Source of the DNA: Kudoa neothunni
Lineage: Eukaryota; Animalia; Cnidaria
Length of the DNA stretch: 64,000 nt
NCBI GenBank assembly: GCA_964304625.1
Contig: OZ199839.1
Location: 387,970 to 451,969, forward strand
Direction of reading: 5' to 3'
The notes under the pieces were generated by a model, which saw only the letters and a list, made by a program, of their open reading frames with translations, did no database searches and had not been told where the DNA came from. The translations under genes were made by a program, and so were the position numbers. Positions 39,502 to 53,817 of the stretch are shown here, in pieces; the first letter of the stretch is position 1; each line of letters starts with the position of its first letter.

Positions 39502-41769
39502 CTAAAACAATCTCTTTTCATATCTAAGTTAAAAATATCAATTAAATTATTCATATATGAAAAATAATTACGAATGAAGCCCATGAATACCGCCTTCGTA
39601 TTGAGCCGCATGACTTCTTTTTTCAAACCTTATTTTTCCATCATACACGTTTTTACTAATAATTAAAGCAATTACATTAATGGTTTATGTATTGATAATG
39701 CATAGTTTACTGTGCTTCTGCAACAGACCTCACACCCATATCTTGAAAAGCGTGCTTTATACCACTCACAAGGTATGGCAATAACGAGTAGACACTTCCC
39801 TTATCCACGATAGTTCCACTCACACCTTGGGCAACTTTGACTTGATCTTTCTCGCTTAAATTAATTAATAATTACGAGTCGGTTTCAATATTTGAATACC
39901 TAAAGTATCTCATCTGGCTGGTTTTAAATTCCATAGCTCCAAGCGATCCCATGCCTATTTTAGTTATGTTATTGCGATTTATTGAATGTCACTATTAATG
40001 ATATGTGCTCGAAGGTAGATTTTACCTCGATATTTCTTTACACGAATACCATCTTGAGAGAAATATTCCCCAGGAGTTTCTTGAGTGCCTGCAAACAAAG
40101 AACCCATCATACCTACGTAACAAAATCAGCAACTCCATCAAATATTCTATCTACCCTACCACACGAAGCTCCAAGTGATAAAGCCTTCACAACATCCCCA
40201 ACACAACCGATTCCACCATCAGCAATCACAGGTATACCTATAAACAGATACAAGTGTAAAAAATATAATTGTGATAACGGCTGTTACCAACACGATTGCA
40301 ATAGGAAGACACACTGTAGACAGCAGAACCCTGAGCTCTACCAACAGCCATAACTTCTTGAGTAATACAAATGCTCCCACTGCCCATTCCAACTCTAATT
40401 CCATCGGCACCAGCGTTAACTAAATTTTCTGCTTGCTGTCTAGTTACAACTGGAAACCATTAGATAATTCAAACTCTGATATATAAATCTTATCTTACCA
40501 TTTCCAGCTATAACATCAACTTGAGGAAAATTCTAAAAATCACATATACACATGTATCAGTTTGTATTTGGCTGAATACTGTTTTCAGATATTTTACACA
40601 TTCAATCTGATGACAAGAGTTTCCCTGGGATGAGTCTACCACAATAACATCAGTTTGTGCAGCTACCAACTCCTCAACCCTTTGTTTATCTTCGTGGTGC
40701 GTGCTGATTGAGGCGCCAACTGAGAAGAATTTTTAAAAAAGTCAATGCAACGCTATTTGGCTACCCATTAATTGTTTATTTTTATCCAAAATAGCATTTG
40801 GATACTCTTTATCCTTTTTAATATCAGATCTTGAAATGAGATACACCAAGTTCCCGTTAGAGTCAACTATCGGTAGTTTGCCTGAATAAAATCTCGAAAA
40901 TTAACACCAAATCAGTACATCCATAAAATCTTACCTTTTCTGGTTTCTCCGAGAAGTCGACGAGCATCCGCCAATGAGGTTTTATCGGATCCAACGGTAA
41001 GATTTTCTACTTTTGTCATCACCTTATGAGTGAACAAGTAAAACTCGACTTGAATCAACGTGGACTACTAACCTACCTCAGAGACACGAACACGTTTTAT
41101 CATTGTATTATGTATAAAATCAATATCTCGAGACGTGATAATTCCAAGTAATTTTCCACCAATTTTCCCGGTGTCAGTCACTGGAAATCCTGAGAAACCG
41201 AATTTATCTTTTAGCATCAATGCATGCTCAACCGAATCATCAGCTGATACGACAATAGGGTCGGATATAAATCCTTGCTGAAAACGCTTAACTTTGGTGA
41301 CCATTCTAGCCTGATTGGTAGAGCTACAATTCGAATGAATTATTCCAATTCCCCCGTGCAACTAGAAGTGGTATTTAGCATAAAACATTCAAAAAGAATT
41401 ATACAGCCATAGCTTTTGCCATTTCGAATTCTGTGTGAACAAAATATAGAAACGAATCAACAGTTATGATAATCAACCTGTCACGGTGTCCATAGGAGAA
41501 CTAACTAATGGGGTCTTTAGTGTTATGTTTTTTGTGAGTTTCGTAGTGAGATTCTAGGTTTTGGGGTTGTTTATGACAGATTTGAAAGTAAAATAAATAT
41601 ACCACATCTTCTGAAGCAAAATCAATATATCCCGGAAGTATGATAAAATCTCTTGATTTAAAAATATCAAAAAACCTAACGAAAATAATTTCTCCTACTT
41701 GTAGGTTAGTCCACTTCCCTGTTTGAAAAGTTTATCGGCACAAACTCCATCCAAATCACAATGAGACAT
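39502..41769 (-). CDS. IMPDH: Inosine-5'-monophosphate dehydrogenase, many small exons
   Basis: [27 protein letters not shown], a CBS pair, catalytic [35 protein letters not shown] and C-terminal [15 protein letters not shown]. All traced introns are GT-AG. Confidence 0.98.
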
Positions 41770-42940
41770 CCTATCGGACAAAGCGTTGGACTTATCACAC
41801 GAAGATTATGACCACGTTGGTGATCATTCACAAAGGTGATTTTGGTGTAACCCACACATTATAACGGATGACAATTCAATGCTAATGTTCTTAATATATA
41901 AAATAAATTCAGTTTTTAATGATAATTAAAATATCATTCCCCACCAAATTATAACTCAAATTTGGTAATAGGCTTTTGTTCAGTGCTTAGATATTTTGTG
42001 ATGATTTAGACAGGAGTCAGTGCAAATTCTCTTCTATTATGTTCACGCACTTTTTCTTTTTATATAAGTTGAAGTCATGAAATCATTTTAAGTCATCAAA
42101 CTTAAACATTATCATATATTTTAAATTCCATTGACTAGATAATTATTCTACCAATAACTGTATTATTAATGGATAAGTTTATTAATCTTGTCCCAATTAG
42201 GAATAATTAATTGTATCTATGAAAATAGTTACTTAAAATAATTTATGTTTTTTTATTATAAATGGGATAATATTTACACAGTGGATATTATTATTCATTC
42301 AAAAGAACACACTTTTTTCCTCAAAACATCCTGTATCATTATTGCTTTAATTCTTGTATAAAATGTGTCGATATAATCAAGAACAAATTCTTATTTCTCT
42401 TCTTTTCTCTTTTATTGTAGTAGTATTAGTGTTTATTTTGCTATATAGGTGATCAATTAAGATAAGACGTCGATTTTATTTGATGATTTAAATCGATATA
42501 TTCATAGTTTTATTTTTATAAATGATTGCATTATAATCGAGGTAAAAAACTTTTTTATTTTAACACAAGGAAACCGTGTTAATGAAATACATTAGATATT
42601 GTTTAGGAATTAAACCAAAATTTAGATAACATGGCTAATGGTTATCTTAAAACATTGAATTTAGAAAAAATTAAAAAACTATATTGAATATTTTACGAAT
42701 ATAAAAACATTTTTGCAGCTGAAATTAATTATTTATTTTAAAAACATTTAAAATAAATAAAAATTTAGATGCCCTAAATAATACTTTTGAATTTTCTAGC
42801 TAAAAGATTGAAGTACTTAAATATAACAATGGTTACATTTTAGAAGAAAAGCTGCCTTTTAAAAAGAATTTACTATGTAATAATTAAAATGCGTATATAT
42901 ATATATTTTATCGATTTTATATAATTTAAATTTTTTAATA

Positions 42941-44364
42941 CGATGGTGACGGCTAATTCATAGTCCCTTCGGGACCAGAGAAAAAGAGCGAATTAAATAT
43001 CATTTCTGGCTAACGCACACTTTTATTATGTCGCTTGCGCAAGTGTTTTTTATCAATTTCGTAAGATATTGGGTACTATCCTACTTTTTGAACATAGAAT
43101 TTGTTATTTTTGTTTGTTCAAACCTCCTTTTGGATTAATGAAATATTTCAACTTCATGTTTGTGAAGATAATCAAAAATATTTGCCCATCGTTAATAAAA
43201 TATCCCTTTAAATATTATAAGCTCTTCAGCGCTTTTTTGGTGGCATATACCACTTTTCGTATGTTTGAGGTTCACTAACAGGAAATTATTATACATTTAA
43301 GGTCACGCCGTTGCTTTTATAGTTGTCCTCAAATTCACAGACTCAACGTGTTCTTCTTCACTTGACACTGTATTGTCTTGACCGTCGATTTCATTTAAAA
43401 CTTCGTGGTTTGCAGTTTCATCTATATCTGATTAGTAAACCTGTATAAAATAGATATAAGGGTCTTCGTTGCCATAGAAACTAAATCCAATCTTCTTGAA
43501 ACAATTTGATACTATTTAAATTGATAAATCTTACCATTATTTTTATTTTTTTACAAGTAAGAACGCATCTAGTAAATTGATTGGTTTAAGTTCAAGATCA
43601 TTTTAAATTTAAAGGGTGGATCTTTTGTCAGATACCATCCATAAACAGCTTTAAATTAATAAATAATTCCTTAATCCATAGGTTGTAAAACATTATTAGT
43701 GTTTTTAGAGAAAAATAATAATTTAATAATAGATAGAATTGATAGTTCTAATGGCGACTGGCAATTTGAGTTATCAAAAAAAGGTCATAATTTTTTGTTC
43801 TGCTTTTTTAAATTAGCATTTAATTGAGGAAATTATTTTGTAAGCTTCTCTGAAGTCATCCATATTTCCTTATTGGAGAAGTAAATAACTGGAGTATCCT
43901 TCAAATTTTTAAAACACCTTGATTTTTCGTGATGGCCAATCATTAATGGTTCCAGAATTTCGCCTAATAATAATAATAATTCTCCCAGTAAAAGCGTAAC
44001 TCTTTTTTTCGGCGTTTTGAGCATTTTGTATTAAATTCAGTAAAGAGAACGTAACTTCCTCCTAAATTAGGTTATCATGAATACATTGGTCGTAAATATA
44101 ATCTATCGCAAAATAATTCTTGACAAAATTTAAATCAATATTTTTTGATGATTAACACAAATTAAATGTTGAACTAATTATGTTTGACTGACATGTAACG
44201 AATTAATAATTCTTTTTATCGTTTGCGTATTTTTAATTAAATGAAACTTTATAAAAATATACAACACTATAAATGGTTATTCCACTCAAATATAATGATA
44301 ACAACCTCAAAATTCTTTTATTTTGGCGACAATGTAAAGAGTACGAATTAGCCGTCCACCACTG
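42941..44364 (-). mobile_element. pogo/Tigger-like transposon with a decayed DDE_1 transposase
   Basis: TA TSDs; TIR CAGTGGTGGACGGCTAATTCGTA versus CGATGGTGACGGCTAATTCATA; peptide remnants KKRVTLLL..PLMIG..KSRCFKN..PVIYFSNKEIWMT, FDN and KNTNNVLQPMD*GII. Confidence 0.85.
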
Positions 44365-44519
44365 TAATAGACATTGGTTCAATCTAATGTGGTTTTCATT
44401 TCCTCCATTTTATATTAATATTTAAAGAGATCCAACTAATATTTGTTTATTCCTAATTTTAATTATAGAATTTAAATTTCAATAAAAAATAAAATTGGAT
44501 TTCTCAGAGATTTGAGTAT

Positions 44520-45178
44520 CTGGAGGAGTGCTTCCTACAGGGGTTGTGGGAGTCATTCTAGAATACATTTAAAAATTAATCTTAATTTATTCACTTAGTA
44601 ATGTTCGTTAATCTCGTCAAAATATATAAGTACGTAATGCGTGTAATAATATTTTTGGTTGTTTTGATATCAATTAGTTTCTACGCAAACAATGGGATAT
44701 GATAATTTATTTAAATTGATTCTACGAAATAGCGCAGTATAGTAATAGTTAATATTAAACCTTTTCGGCGTATAAAATCTAACTAACGCTATTTTTATGT
44801 AGAAACGAAATTTATTATCTTTCAAAATAACATATTTATATGTTTAAGCTGTAATTAGGTTTCCAGCATTTTCATCTACTTAGAAGTAATCTATATCCAT
44901 TAAAATAAAACCACGATGTAATTTTAACTTTGTCTCCTGCCTAAATTTGAGATCCATCATTTCATTGTATAGTTTATATTATATTGCGTTTCAAATTTTA
45001 CTTTCAAAGTTGTACCTTAACTCTGATATAAATCTAAGTTAAATTGTTCTTTAAAGTATAGGTGAAACAAGGATCAAAGCATTCATTTATACACATAAAT
45101 AAATGAATGTCAATGTCAACAATATACCTCAGTTATTTTTACTCAAGTATATTTAGAAGGCATATTTTTTGAATCTAA
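44520..45178. repeat. Inverted copy of the repeat at 1335-2000
   Basis: Long reverse-complement matches; see 1335-2000. Confidence 0.75.
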
Positions 45179-45244
45179 ACAGTTTTTGGTATGGTTAATT
45201 TTCGCTCGAATCAATCTTATGCACATACAGAACAATTTAATGAA

Positions 45245-48200
45245 GGCGGTGGCTATTCTCATGGAAACGAATAACTCCCCCGCTATAAAAGACATTTCAA
45301 ATCTGGTTTCTTATTTGAATTTAACACTTTTTAATCTAATTTTCTATGCAAAAATTGTTAGAAAATTTAAAGAATAAAAATTCGACATTTTACCTACCCT
45401 ATTTACATTGTTCACTGGTAGTACATTCACGTTTTTGAGTCTAATAATATTTGTTTAAAGTTCAGTTCCTCCCCCCTTCGGCGTCCGCCAGTTACCCACC
45501 ATCGGTAATAATGGGGGTTCCGGCTGTTTACATTTTCCGGGGTATGCTTCCTGCAATCTTCAATTACGAAAATTTAGATAACCTAAATGTTCAAGACTTA
45601 TGTTACTTCAAGGATCATTCTGAAGATTTAATTATTTTTTCCAGCAACTTGACTTGCTACCAACATCAATGGTTTGTTCCTGTGGAGGTCAAATGAAACT
45701 TTCTCCGAGGAACAATGCTGCTGTTTCAAGTCATGCAGGAAGGAATGCTCGTTGCGAAAGAACACGTTTTTCTATCAAGCCCAACTTTCTCTGTATCAAA
45801 TTTTAAAGATTTTATATTGTTGGAGCGACGGAACAATCTTTCTTAATGAAAGAATGCCGTACTAATTCTTCCGCCACCATTGTGGATTGGAAAAATTTTA
45901 TACGTGTCATTTGTTTGAGTCACTTCATTCGTAACCCAAACAAAGTTGGTGGCCCTGGCGTAAAAGTCCAAATAGACGGAAATCAAATCTGTAAGAGGAA
46001 GTTTGGGGTTGGTAGCATCCCAAAAAACCAAAATCTATGGATAGTTGTTGGTGTGGATGGGGATGGAAGAGTCTTTATGATGGAAACCGAAAAGAGAGAC
46101 ACTCCCACTCTTGAAAATATTATTATCACCCATGATGAGAGGGGATCTGTTATACATACAGATGGATAGCCTGCCTATAGTTCACTCATTGAGCTAGGTT
46201 ATGAATACGATCATGAGATAGTAATTCATGATAGGGAGTTTGTCTCGTCTACAGGAGTTCACACCAATCGAATTGAGGAACCGTGGAGCGCTTTTAAGCG
46301 GAAATATTTCTCGATGACGAATAAAAAAAGGAAATGATCGCTTCCTGTATTGCCGAAAGGATATTTAAAAGACTCCACAGGAACCGTGTTCTTTCTAAAC
46401 TTTTGGAAGCAATTAAACATATTTATATTTTGTGGATTTTATTTTATTGTGAAAATTTATATAATTATGTCATTTTCCAATCGTCAATGAATAAATATCT
46501 TTGGTAAATTACGGCACTGTTAAGTTTATTTTAATCAATGTTGTGTTAAACTATTTTTTTAGAATGATTATATATATATATATATTTATCAAATAATTAA
46601 TGTTTTTGAATAAAATAACAATCTTCCGAAAATTAAGTTAAAAGAGATTATTTTACATTAACTTAGGCTCATTAGGATACAATTAAAAAAGAAATGGCAT
46701 GATATGTGATTTTTATCCACCTAAAAACTATTAAAAATTATATTAAGATACAAATCTCATGATTCGACATATTGTTTTAGTTTATAAATTTTTTTAAAAA
46801 GGACACGTTATAAAATATAACAAATAAAATCAAGAATATCTATGACACTATTAAAAATATTCATTTATATATAATTTTCAAATTTTTAATATTTCAAATA
46901 ATAAATATCATATTTTTTGTATTTGATAAATTTTGTTTAAGTATGTCTAACTAAAGTAAATTAGATTTTATTGGGTACATATGTTATGAAACGTAAACAT
47001 ATCTAATTGTGGTTAGAAACCTTAAATTTAATACGTCTCAACGCATACAGTTTAACTTAGAATAAGTCATCTCCAATCATTTACGAAACATGCAGGTTTC
47101 TATCTGAACATTTTTTAATATAAATTTAACAAAATTGTCGATAATTAATGAATATTAATTGGATTCAAACTATTTTACACCGATGTACACCACTTTTCAT
47201 ATGTATCTATATGATTGTACCATAATTTCGGGGAATTTTCGTTGTTTTATCCATACAAGTGTATTTACTTTAACCAGAAATATGAGAAAGGTTTTCATAG
47301 TACTTATTCGTGAATACAGGAATCTATGAGTTTAAATTTAAGAGTAAACCTATACTTCTTAATTCAAACCCATTTAACAATTTTTAACAAGCAGGGTGAT
47401 TCTAAATTTTTAGCATTAATTCCTCTGGTATCGTCTCAATGGGTAAATTTACAAAATGAAAATTTTTGAATGGTGATTTTTGGGGTACGTTTGTTTTGCT
47501 TTTGTAAAGCGAGCCAACGAAGAAATGTTGTAAGCATTATAATAAACAATGTTGGAGTTAAAATAATGGTTAATTCGTCCTTGAGCATTTTGAATGGTTC
47601 TAAAAAATTTCATTTTAAGATTGCAAACATTTTCTTCCTGATATTAAGGAATGTGTAATTTTAATAGTTCAGAAAAATCAATTTACACTCCAATGAAGAA
47701 TTGATCAACTTATCCACTAGCCATGGCTGTTTAGCTGTACGCCCATAAAATTTCTCCAAAATAACCACATTCGAAATTTTAACGGTACAATAATATTTTT
47801 TAATAAATGGTATTTTTATCTTACGAAAGCTTTAAATTCTCTTCTCCAACTGAATGTAATATATAAACTTGTTCTACAGATTTCAGTTATTTCAAAATTC
47901 TATAAAACTTAGAAATAGTCTCACGAAATAGAATGCCCATAATCAAATAGGATTCACGAGCATATTCAGACATGGTGGGTGACACAAGAATGCACGAACA
48001 GAACAGTTTCTACTTATTAGTAAATGTTTTTACTTTTTATTTTAACTAAAATGTTCATATTACATGATATTAGACTCAAAAACGTGCGTGTACTACTAAT
48101 GAACAGTGTAAATAAGGCAGACAAAGTAAGTGTTGAATTTTATTCGTTAAATTTCCTAATAGTTTTGACATAGAAAATTAGATTAAAAATTGTTAAATTC

Positions 48201-48272
48201 AAATAAGAAATCAGATTCTAAATATCTTTTATAACGGTGGAGTTATTCGTTTCCATGAGAATAGCCACTGTC
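45245..48272. mobile_element. Long-TIR (~210 bp) element enclosing a Merlin transposase and ~1.5 kb of unexplained sequence
   Basis: 45245-45450 (GTGGCTATTCTCATGGAAACGAATAACTCC...CACGTTTTTGAGTCTAAT) is inverted at 48050-48272. Confidence 0.8.
45544..46430 (+). pseudogene. Merlin (IS1595/ISXO2-like) transposase, frameshifted
   Basis: Zinc-ribbon remnant CSCGGQM..CRKECSLRKNTFF; VGGPGVKVQIDG, KRK..G, WIVVG, RDTPTL..II, VIHTDG*PAY..L..LGY, H, GVHTNRIE..WS. Confidence 0.9.
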
Positions 48273-48621
48273 ATTGATTAATAATAACTTAAATGCAGAA
48301 AATTTCACGGGGGTGGGGCTAAATCAAATGTGATCCCTTAAGTTTATAATACAAAAGTAAGTAAAAAATCAAACGTTACTTATAATTCCAACTATGTGGT
48401 TACGTGAATATGAGTTGATAGACTCTTCTAACGAGAATGTATTAAAAGCGATGCCTCATATCGGTGTAAGCACGGATACAATTAATTTTTGTTATTTATC
48501 GTTGAGAAAAAAAGAAATAACAATAAAAACAAAAATAATTAATATGACTCATATGACTGATACAGGAATTGAAATAAATAAATGAAAAAAGTTAGTTCAT
48601 AATAATAGGAAAATGGTAAAT

Positions 48622-50191
48622 TTACGCTTCATTTGGGGTTGATTCCTTGGCTACATCTTCGTAGTCTTTTTCGAGTGAGGCAAGATCTTCTCTAGCCTCA
48701 TCAAATTCGCCTTCTTCCATACCTTCACCAACATACCAATGAACGAACGCTCTCTTTTTGTACATGAGGTCGAATTTGTAGTTGAGTCTACTCCATGCTT
48801 CGCAGATTGAGGTGGTGTTGCTCAACATGCACACAGATCTATTGCTGAAGGCCATTTCACCGTGTTCAAAGACTGAAGCAGGTTTTCCGTTGATACCAAC
48901 CTACACGTGAATATTTAAAAAATGAGTTTGATAAACAAACCCACTTTGAAACCAGTGGGACACCAATCGACGAATTGGACGTTTTTGCGGCTTTTGATCG
49001 AGTTGATAGCCGAGTTGACATCTTTTGGCACAACGTCTCCACGATACAACAAACAGCAAGCCATATATTTTCCACTTCGAGGGTCGCATTTGACCATTTG
49101 GTTGTTGGGTTCGAAACAAGCATTAGTAATTTCAGCGACTGAGAACATTTCATGGGATGCCTTTTGTTTGGACATAATAGGACAGAAAGTCACAAGCGGG
49201 AAGTGGATTCTTGGGTATGGAACCAAATTGGTTTGGAATTCGTTGAGATCCACATTCAGAGAGCCATCAAAACGTAAACTAGCGGTGATAGAGCTGATAA
49301 CTTGTGAAATTAATCTGTTCAAATGGCTGTAGGTTGGACGATCGATATCCAAATTTTTCTTGCAGACATCGAAAATAGCTTGATTGTCGACCAAGAATCC
49401 CACATTGATATGCTCCAAAGTGGTATGTGTCATAAGAATACTGTTGTAGGGTTCGACTACAGCGGTAGAAACTTGGGGTGCAGGATAGATGCACATTTGT
49501 AATTTGTTCTTTTTGCCAAAATCAGATGACAGACGTTCGCACAACAGCGAAGTGAGACCAGATCCAGTACCACCACCGAATGAATGCATAATAATGAATC
49601 CCTAGATAGATTGTTTGTGATAACCGCGTAAATATACAGTGACTCTATTTGTTTATTTACCTGGAAGCCGGAGCACTGTTCAGCTAATCTTCTCACTTGA
49701 TCGAGGCATGGTTCGAGAAAATCTTTTCCAGTTGTGTATTTTCCACGGGCATAGTTATTGGCTGCGTCTTCTTTTCCAGTGAGGAGCTGTTGGGGATGGT
49801 ACAAGTTGTTAAATTCCCCGATTCGAATTTCATCAATGACCGAAGGTTCAAGGTCAACAAACATAGCTCTTGGAACGTATTTCTTTCCTCTAGCCTATGT
49901 CAATTGTCACATTTAAAAATGCCACAATCTTGATGATTTGGTGAAAATATCGCTTATAGCCCCTACCTCATGGAAGAAAGCGGCTATTGAAGTGTTTTCG
50001 TTTTCCCCAGCCCCATTCGAAAGAAATCCTTCCTTGTTGATGCCGTGTTCGAGACAATAAAGTTGCCAGGCACTGTCGCCCATTTGGCATCCTGCTTGAC
50101 CTACGTGGAGCGATAAAACTTCTCTCTATATATAAACGGAGTTATTCCATAGGGTGACGGGATGTTGTTCCATCAACAATAGCCTTACCAT
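48622..50191 (-). CDS. TUBA: Alpha-tubulin, divergent, 5 exons (the first coding exon is only ATG)
   Basis: M|[86 protein letters not shown] and [18 protein letters not shown]. Confidence 0.97.
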
Positions 50192-50481
50192 ATCTCACAA
50201 TTTTTTCAACCAACAATAACAAATAACGCCTTATCCGATATCGAATAAGGATCTGCTATTCTTAACGAGATCATAATATATTATTCATTTAGGCCGATTC
50301 ACAAAGATTAACTAGATATCGCCGAATTGAAAAATTTGAATCTAACATCAATGCGTCAATTTTTTATTATTGCTGCCAAATATGAATATTATTACGAAGA
50401 AACGAAAAATAGAAACAAAAGATGAAGAATAAGAAATTAGTGGTGTCTTCAGATTATTCCGATCATATTCATAATTAATGA

Positions 50482-53400
50482 CTATAATACACAATGATCT
50501 CCACATCCAGAAGGACACTCGTTATTTTCTCGAAACCATTCCTCCCAATGTTGAAAATGCCCACCGTGGCCACATACACGACACCACGCCACTATCCCTC
50601 CAACCACCATCTCCAGACATAAGCAACACACGAGTGAGTGATTAGATAAGCAATGATTATCACCATGTTGAGCTACATTAGAGAACACTTGTGTTTCATT
50701 AACACGTTCAATGACTTTTTCACACTTCACACACATTATTTTCACTTTTGTATTAATCTAAATGAAAATAACCATTTGGAAAAGGGAAACATTATTTATT
50801 TAATTCGGTAATTGAATGGATATACAAATCAATGAAAATATTCGGTATAAACGTTTGCTTAAAAGTTATTGTCTAGTTTTATAGGAACAATTGTATAAGA
50901 TATATAGCTGTATATTCGGTAATGGGTAATCTAAATCGCATTATCCTGGTATAGGATATGACAAATCGTGAAGTAATGAGTGATTGAAAAACAAATGTTA
51001 ATGAAATAAGCAGTTAAATCAATTGAAAAAAATACAAGGGTCTCATTTCCAAGGTCTTTGATTGATTTAAGTATATTAGAACGGGTGACATAAAGTTGGA
51101 ATCGTTCAAGATATTCTGTAATTTAGATTAATAACAATCTTTAGATATCGATCAAGCATTACAATAATACAATAATGATAGCCTAGGCCTAGCATTTGTT
51201 AGATATTACCTGAATATAAACAGAGATAATCATTGAGATTGACCTCTTTGAAAAATTGTGATTTAAAAAGTCGATAATCAACCCCAAAAACCAATATTAT
51301 CACAGAACACATTTGAATATCGTTCTAAAACAGCGTTATGAATCCATTCCTGTGGTAGCATAACCTTTTCGGCGAAGTATTCGAATATTTCATAAAACAA
51401 TCCACCATAATTGACATTATTCCATTTAAATTCGGTGGGCTCAATTTTAATTTTGTTTATTTGGCGGAAAAATAGTTTAATTTCGTCTACTGTCGAATTT
51501 TGTGTTGAAAAAAAAGACTTCAAACGAGGTGTATGGCTTATGAATGACATGGTATTGTTCATGGTAGCAGCATTGTCGATAGATGTATAACATGGGAAAG
51601 TTTCGTTATCACTAAAGTTACATCCAACTGGTTCGTCTTTTAACGCCGGCAACAATCCAACACAATTATCTAAATATAATCAAAAAATCAATAGAGACCT
51701 AAATCTGTTACCGATACTTTGTTGATCGTTTTTAGGAAGGAATTTTGTGGGTAGTTTAGTTTTGTGAGTAAAATTGAATACCTGGAAACCAAGCTCTACC
51801 GGCTTTGAAGGTTTGCAAACAACCAGTGGCTTATTGTTGTAATGAGCTATCAACTCTAACACTTTCCAAGCTAAATGATACTCTTCTAGATTCAAGGTTT
51901 GTACAACTGTGGCATTATGTCTACAAGCTTGATCAATATTTATTCCGAATTTGTATGAATAATTTTGGGAAAGATATTGAAAACATTCGAACTAAAAATA
52001 TAGCTAATGTTGAACAAAATTATTAGCTAAATATATTTACATGATTGTACGGAATTTTATTGGTGGTTAGAATTGTGGTTTTCAGAGGAAGATGAAAGGG
52101 CTGATTTGAGCCGCCGAAATTCCCGCTAAATATACACATTTACATTAAATAACTCAGAGAAAAATTTTCCTACTCGGTGCAATACTCCCAATAAGCACCA
52201 TCCAAATTCGACAAACCACAAACAATATCTCCATTTAAGGAAATATCAAAACAACTAGACGAGATATAATTGTCACTTAGATTAATATCTCTAGTAGTGT
52301 TAAACAGCAAACCACCATCTCTTGATGTGGTAATAAGGCCTGTTCCATTCGATAACCAGGACATTCCTAAAATTACAAAGGTAAGAATATGTCTCTTGGT
52401 CTTAAATTTAGGAATTTGAATCGGCTACCGGCAAAACCTTTTTCTGAACTGATGTATCCATATTTAAGATCACTTATGCGAACGTCCCATATACTCAATA
52501 GTGAATCATCAATTTTTGAAATACTAGACCAACAGTTACGTTTTTCGAAACAAATATAACGTTTCATACGTAGAAATATGGTATACGCTTTGAGGCCTCC
52601 ACCTGACAATTTTCACAGGCAAATCACACTTCAATGTGTGTAATCGTTGGATTTCATTTTTCACATCCCATACCTATTGCAGTATATATTGATAGAATAA
52701 ACGTTATAATTAAAAATTCTCTACATGAACATTATTATCATATCCAGTAGAAACAAACCAATTCTCGGTAGGATGCCAATCTACATCGAACATTTCTCCT
52801 GAGTGTATTTCTTTTACAACATATTCGCGTCGCAAGTATCGCATATCCATTATCTATTGTATTCGGATTTAAAATAAGAACAAACCTCGCTCTTAATACT
52901 CGTATTGTACCATTGGCGAAACCGATAAGCAAATCATGGGAGTTTTGTTTTCCAAACTAAATTTTTATATTCCAGTTATATTCACAAATAGACACAAGAT
53001 CAACAAGATGGATAAATTTTTTCATGTATGTTAAGTTATAATTTATATTTTAAATATCATGAAGTTTCAGAAAATAGACAAACTTTTAAAATAATTCATA
53101 ACTACTTTCAAGGTAATGATTGGACATTTGGGTTTGAATGAACGGTTAAAAAATTCTCGATTATGATAAGTGTCCTATATTTGATCATTTGTCAATCCTG
53201 TAAAGTCCAACGCAAATACAAGGAGCCTTAATTGAGCTTCTTCCGAACCAATTGCTATCACTCTAGGGGACACTGGGTAATAGCTCAAATCAATAATGTT
53301 CTCGTGTTTTACATTCAAAACAGCTATAAATTGATATACAATGTGTGTGAGATTATTCAACGTAGAAATATAGTGTAGATATAAAGGATACTTGAGTTAA

Positions 53401-53817
53401 AAAATTCTCTAGAAAAATCCCACTCGTCTATTTCACCATCGCTACTTATAGCACAGCACACATTACCTTAAGTCGAGAAGTAAAACTGCAAAAATTAGAA
53501 AACCATCAATTTTAGATGGGGTAATTTCAGACAATATAAAACAATACTATAATTTGGTCTGCAATATAGCTTGTGAATTGTATAGTCTAACGGATGACGA
53601 AACAGAGCATCCCCATTAACAAATCCCTCTGTAGTATCAAGGGTCGCGACACTTATTCCTTAAAGTTAAAACAAGTTTTTGTAGGTTGTCACTGCAAATA
53701 TACACATCTCTTACCATATTTATAGGCGAGTACAACCCTACCGTTATTGTAAGAGAGATCGAACGAAGTGATTTCCCCTGGATACTCCAATTTACGACAA
53801 CATCCAGATTGAACCAT
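50482..53817 (-). CDS. WDR24: GATOR2 subunit WDR24 (SEA2): WD40 repeats plus a C-terminal zinc/RING domain
   Basis: WD repeats HSGEMFDVDWHPTENWFVSTGYD..VHVWD, VRWRP and DDSLLSIWDVR; ACRHNA..W..L helix; C-terminal CCLC..AWCRVCGHGGH.QH..W...CPSGCG. The WD region matches WDR24 better than WDR59. The start codon is inferred. Confidence 0.85.

Noticed and set aside
22003-46169. TAG at expected Trp positions in two transposases (22003 and 46167), suggesting stop-codon reassignment
   Set aside because: Host genes use TGG for Trp, and IMPDH, ERMP1 and WDR24 end in TAG at their conserved C-termini. Both transposases are also frameshifted, so these are ordinary TGG>TAG decay.
50482-50745. Calling this gene WDR59
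   Set aside because: The last residues resemble WDR59, but the WD40 motifs and the CxHNA helix match WDR24 and no RWD domain is evident.
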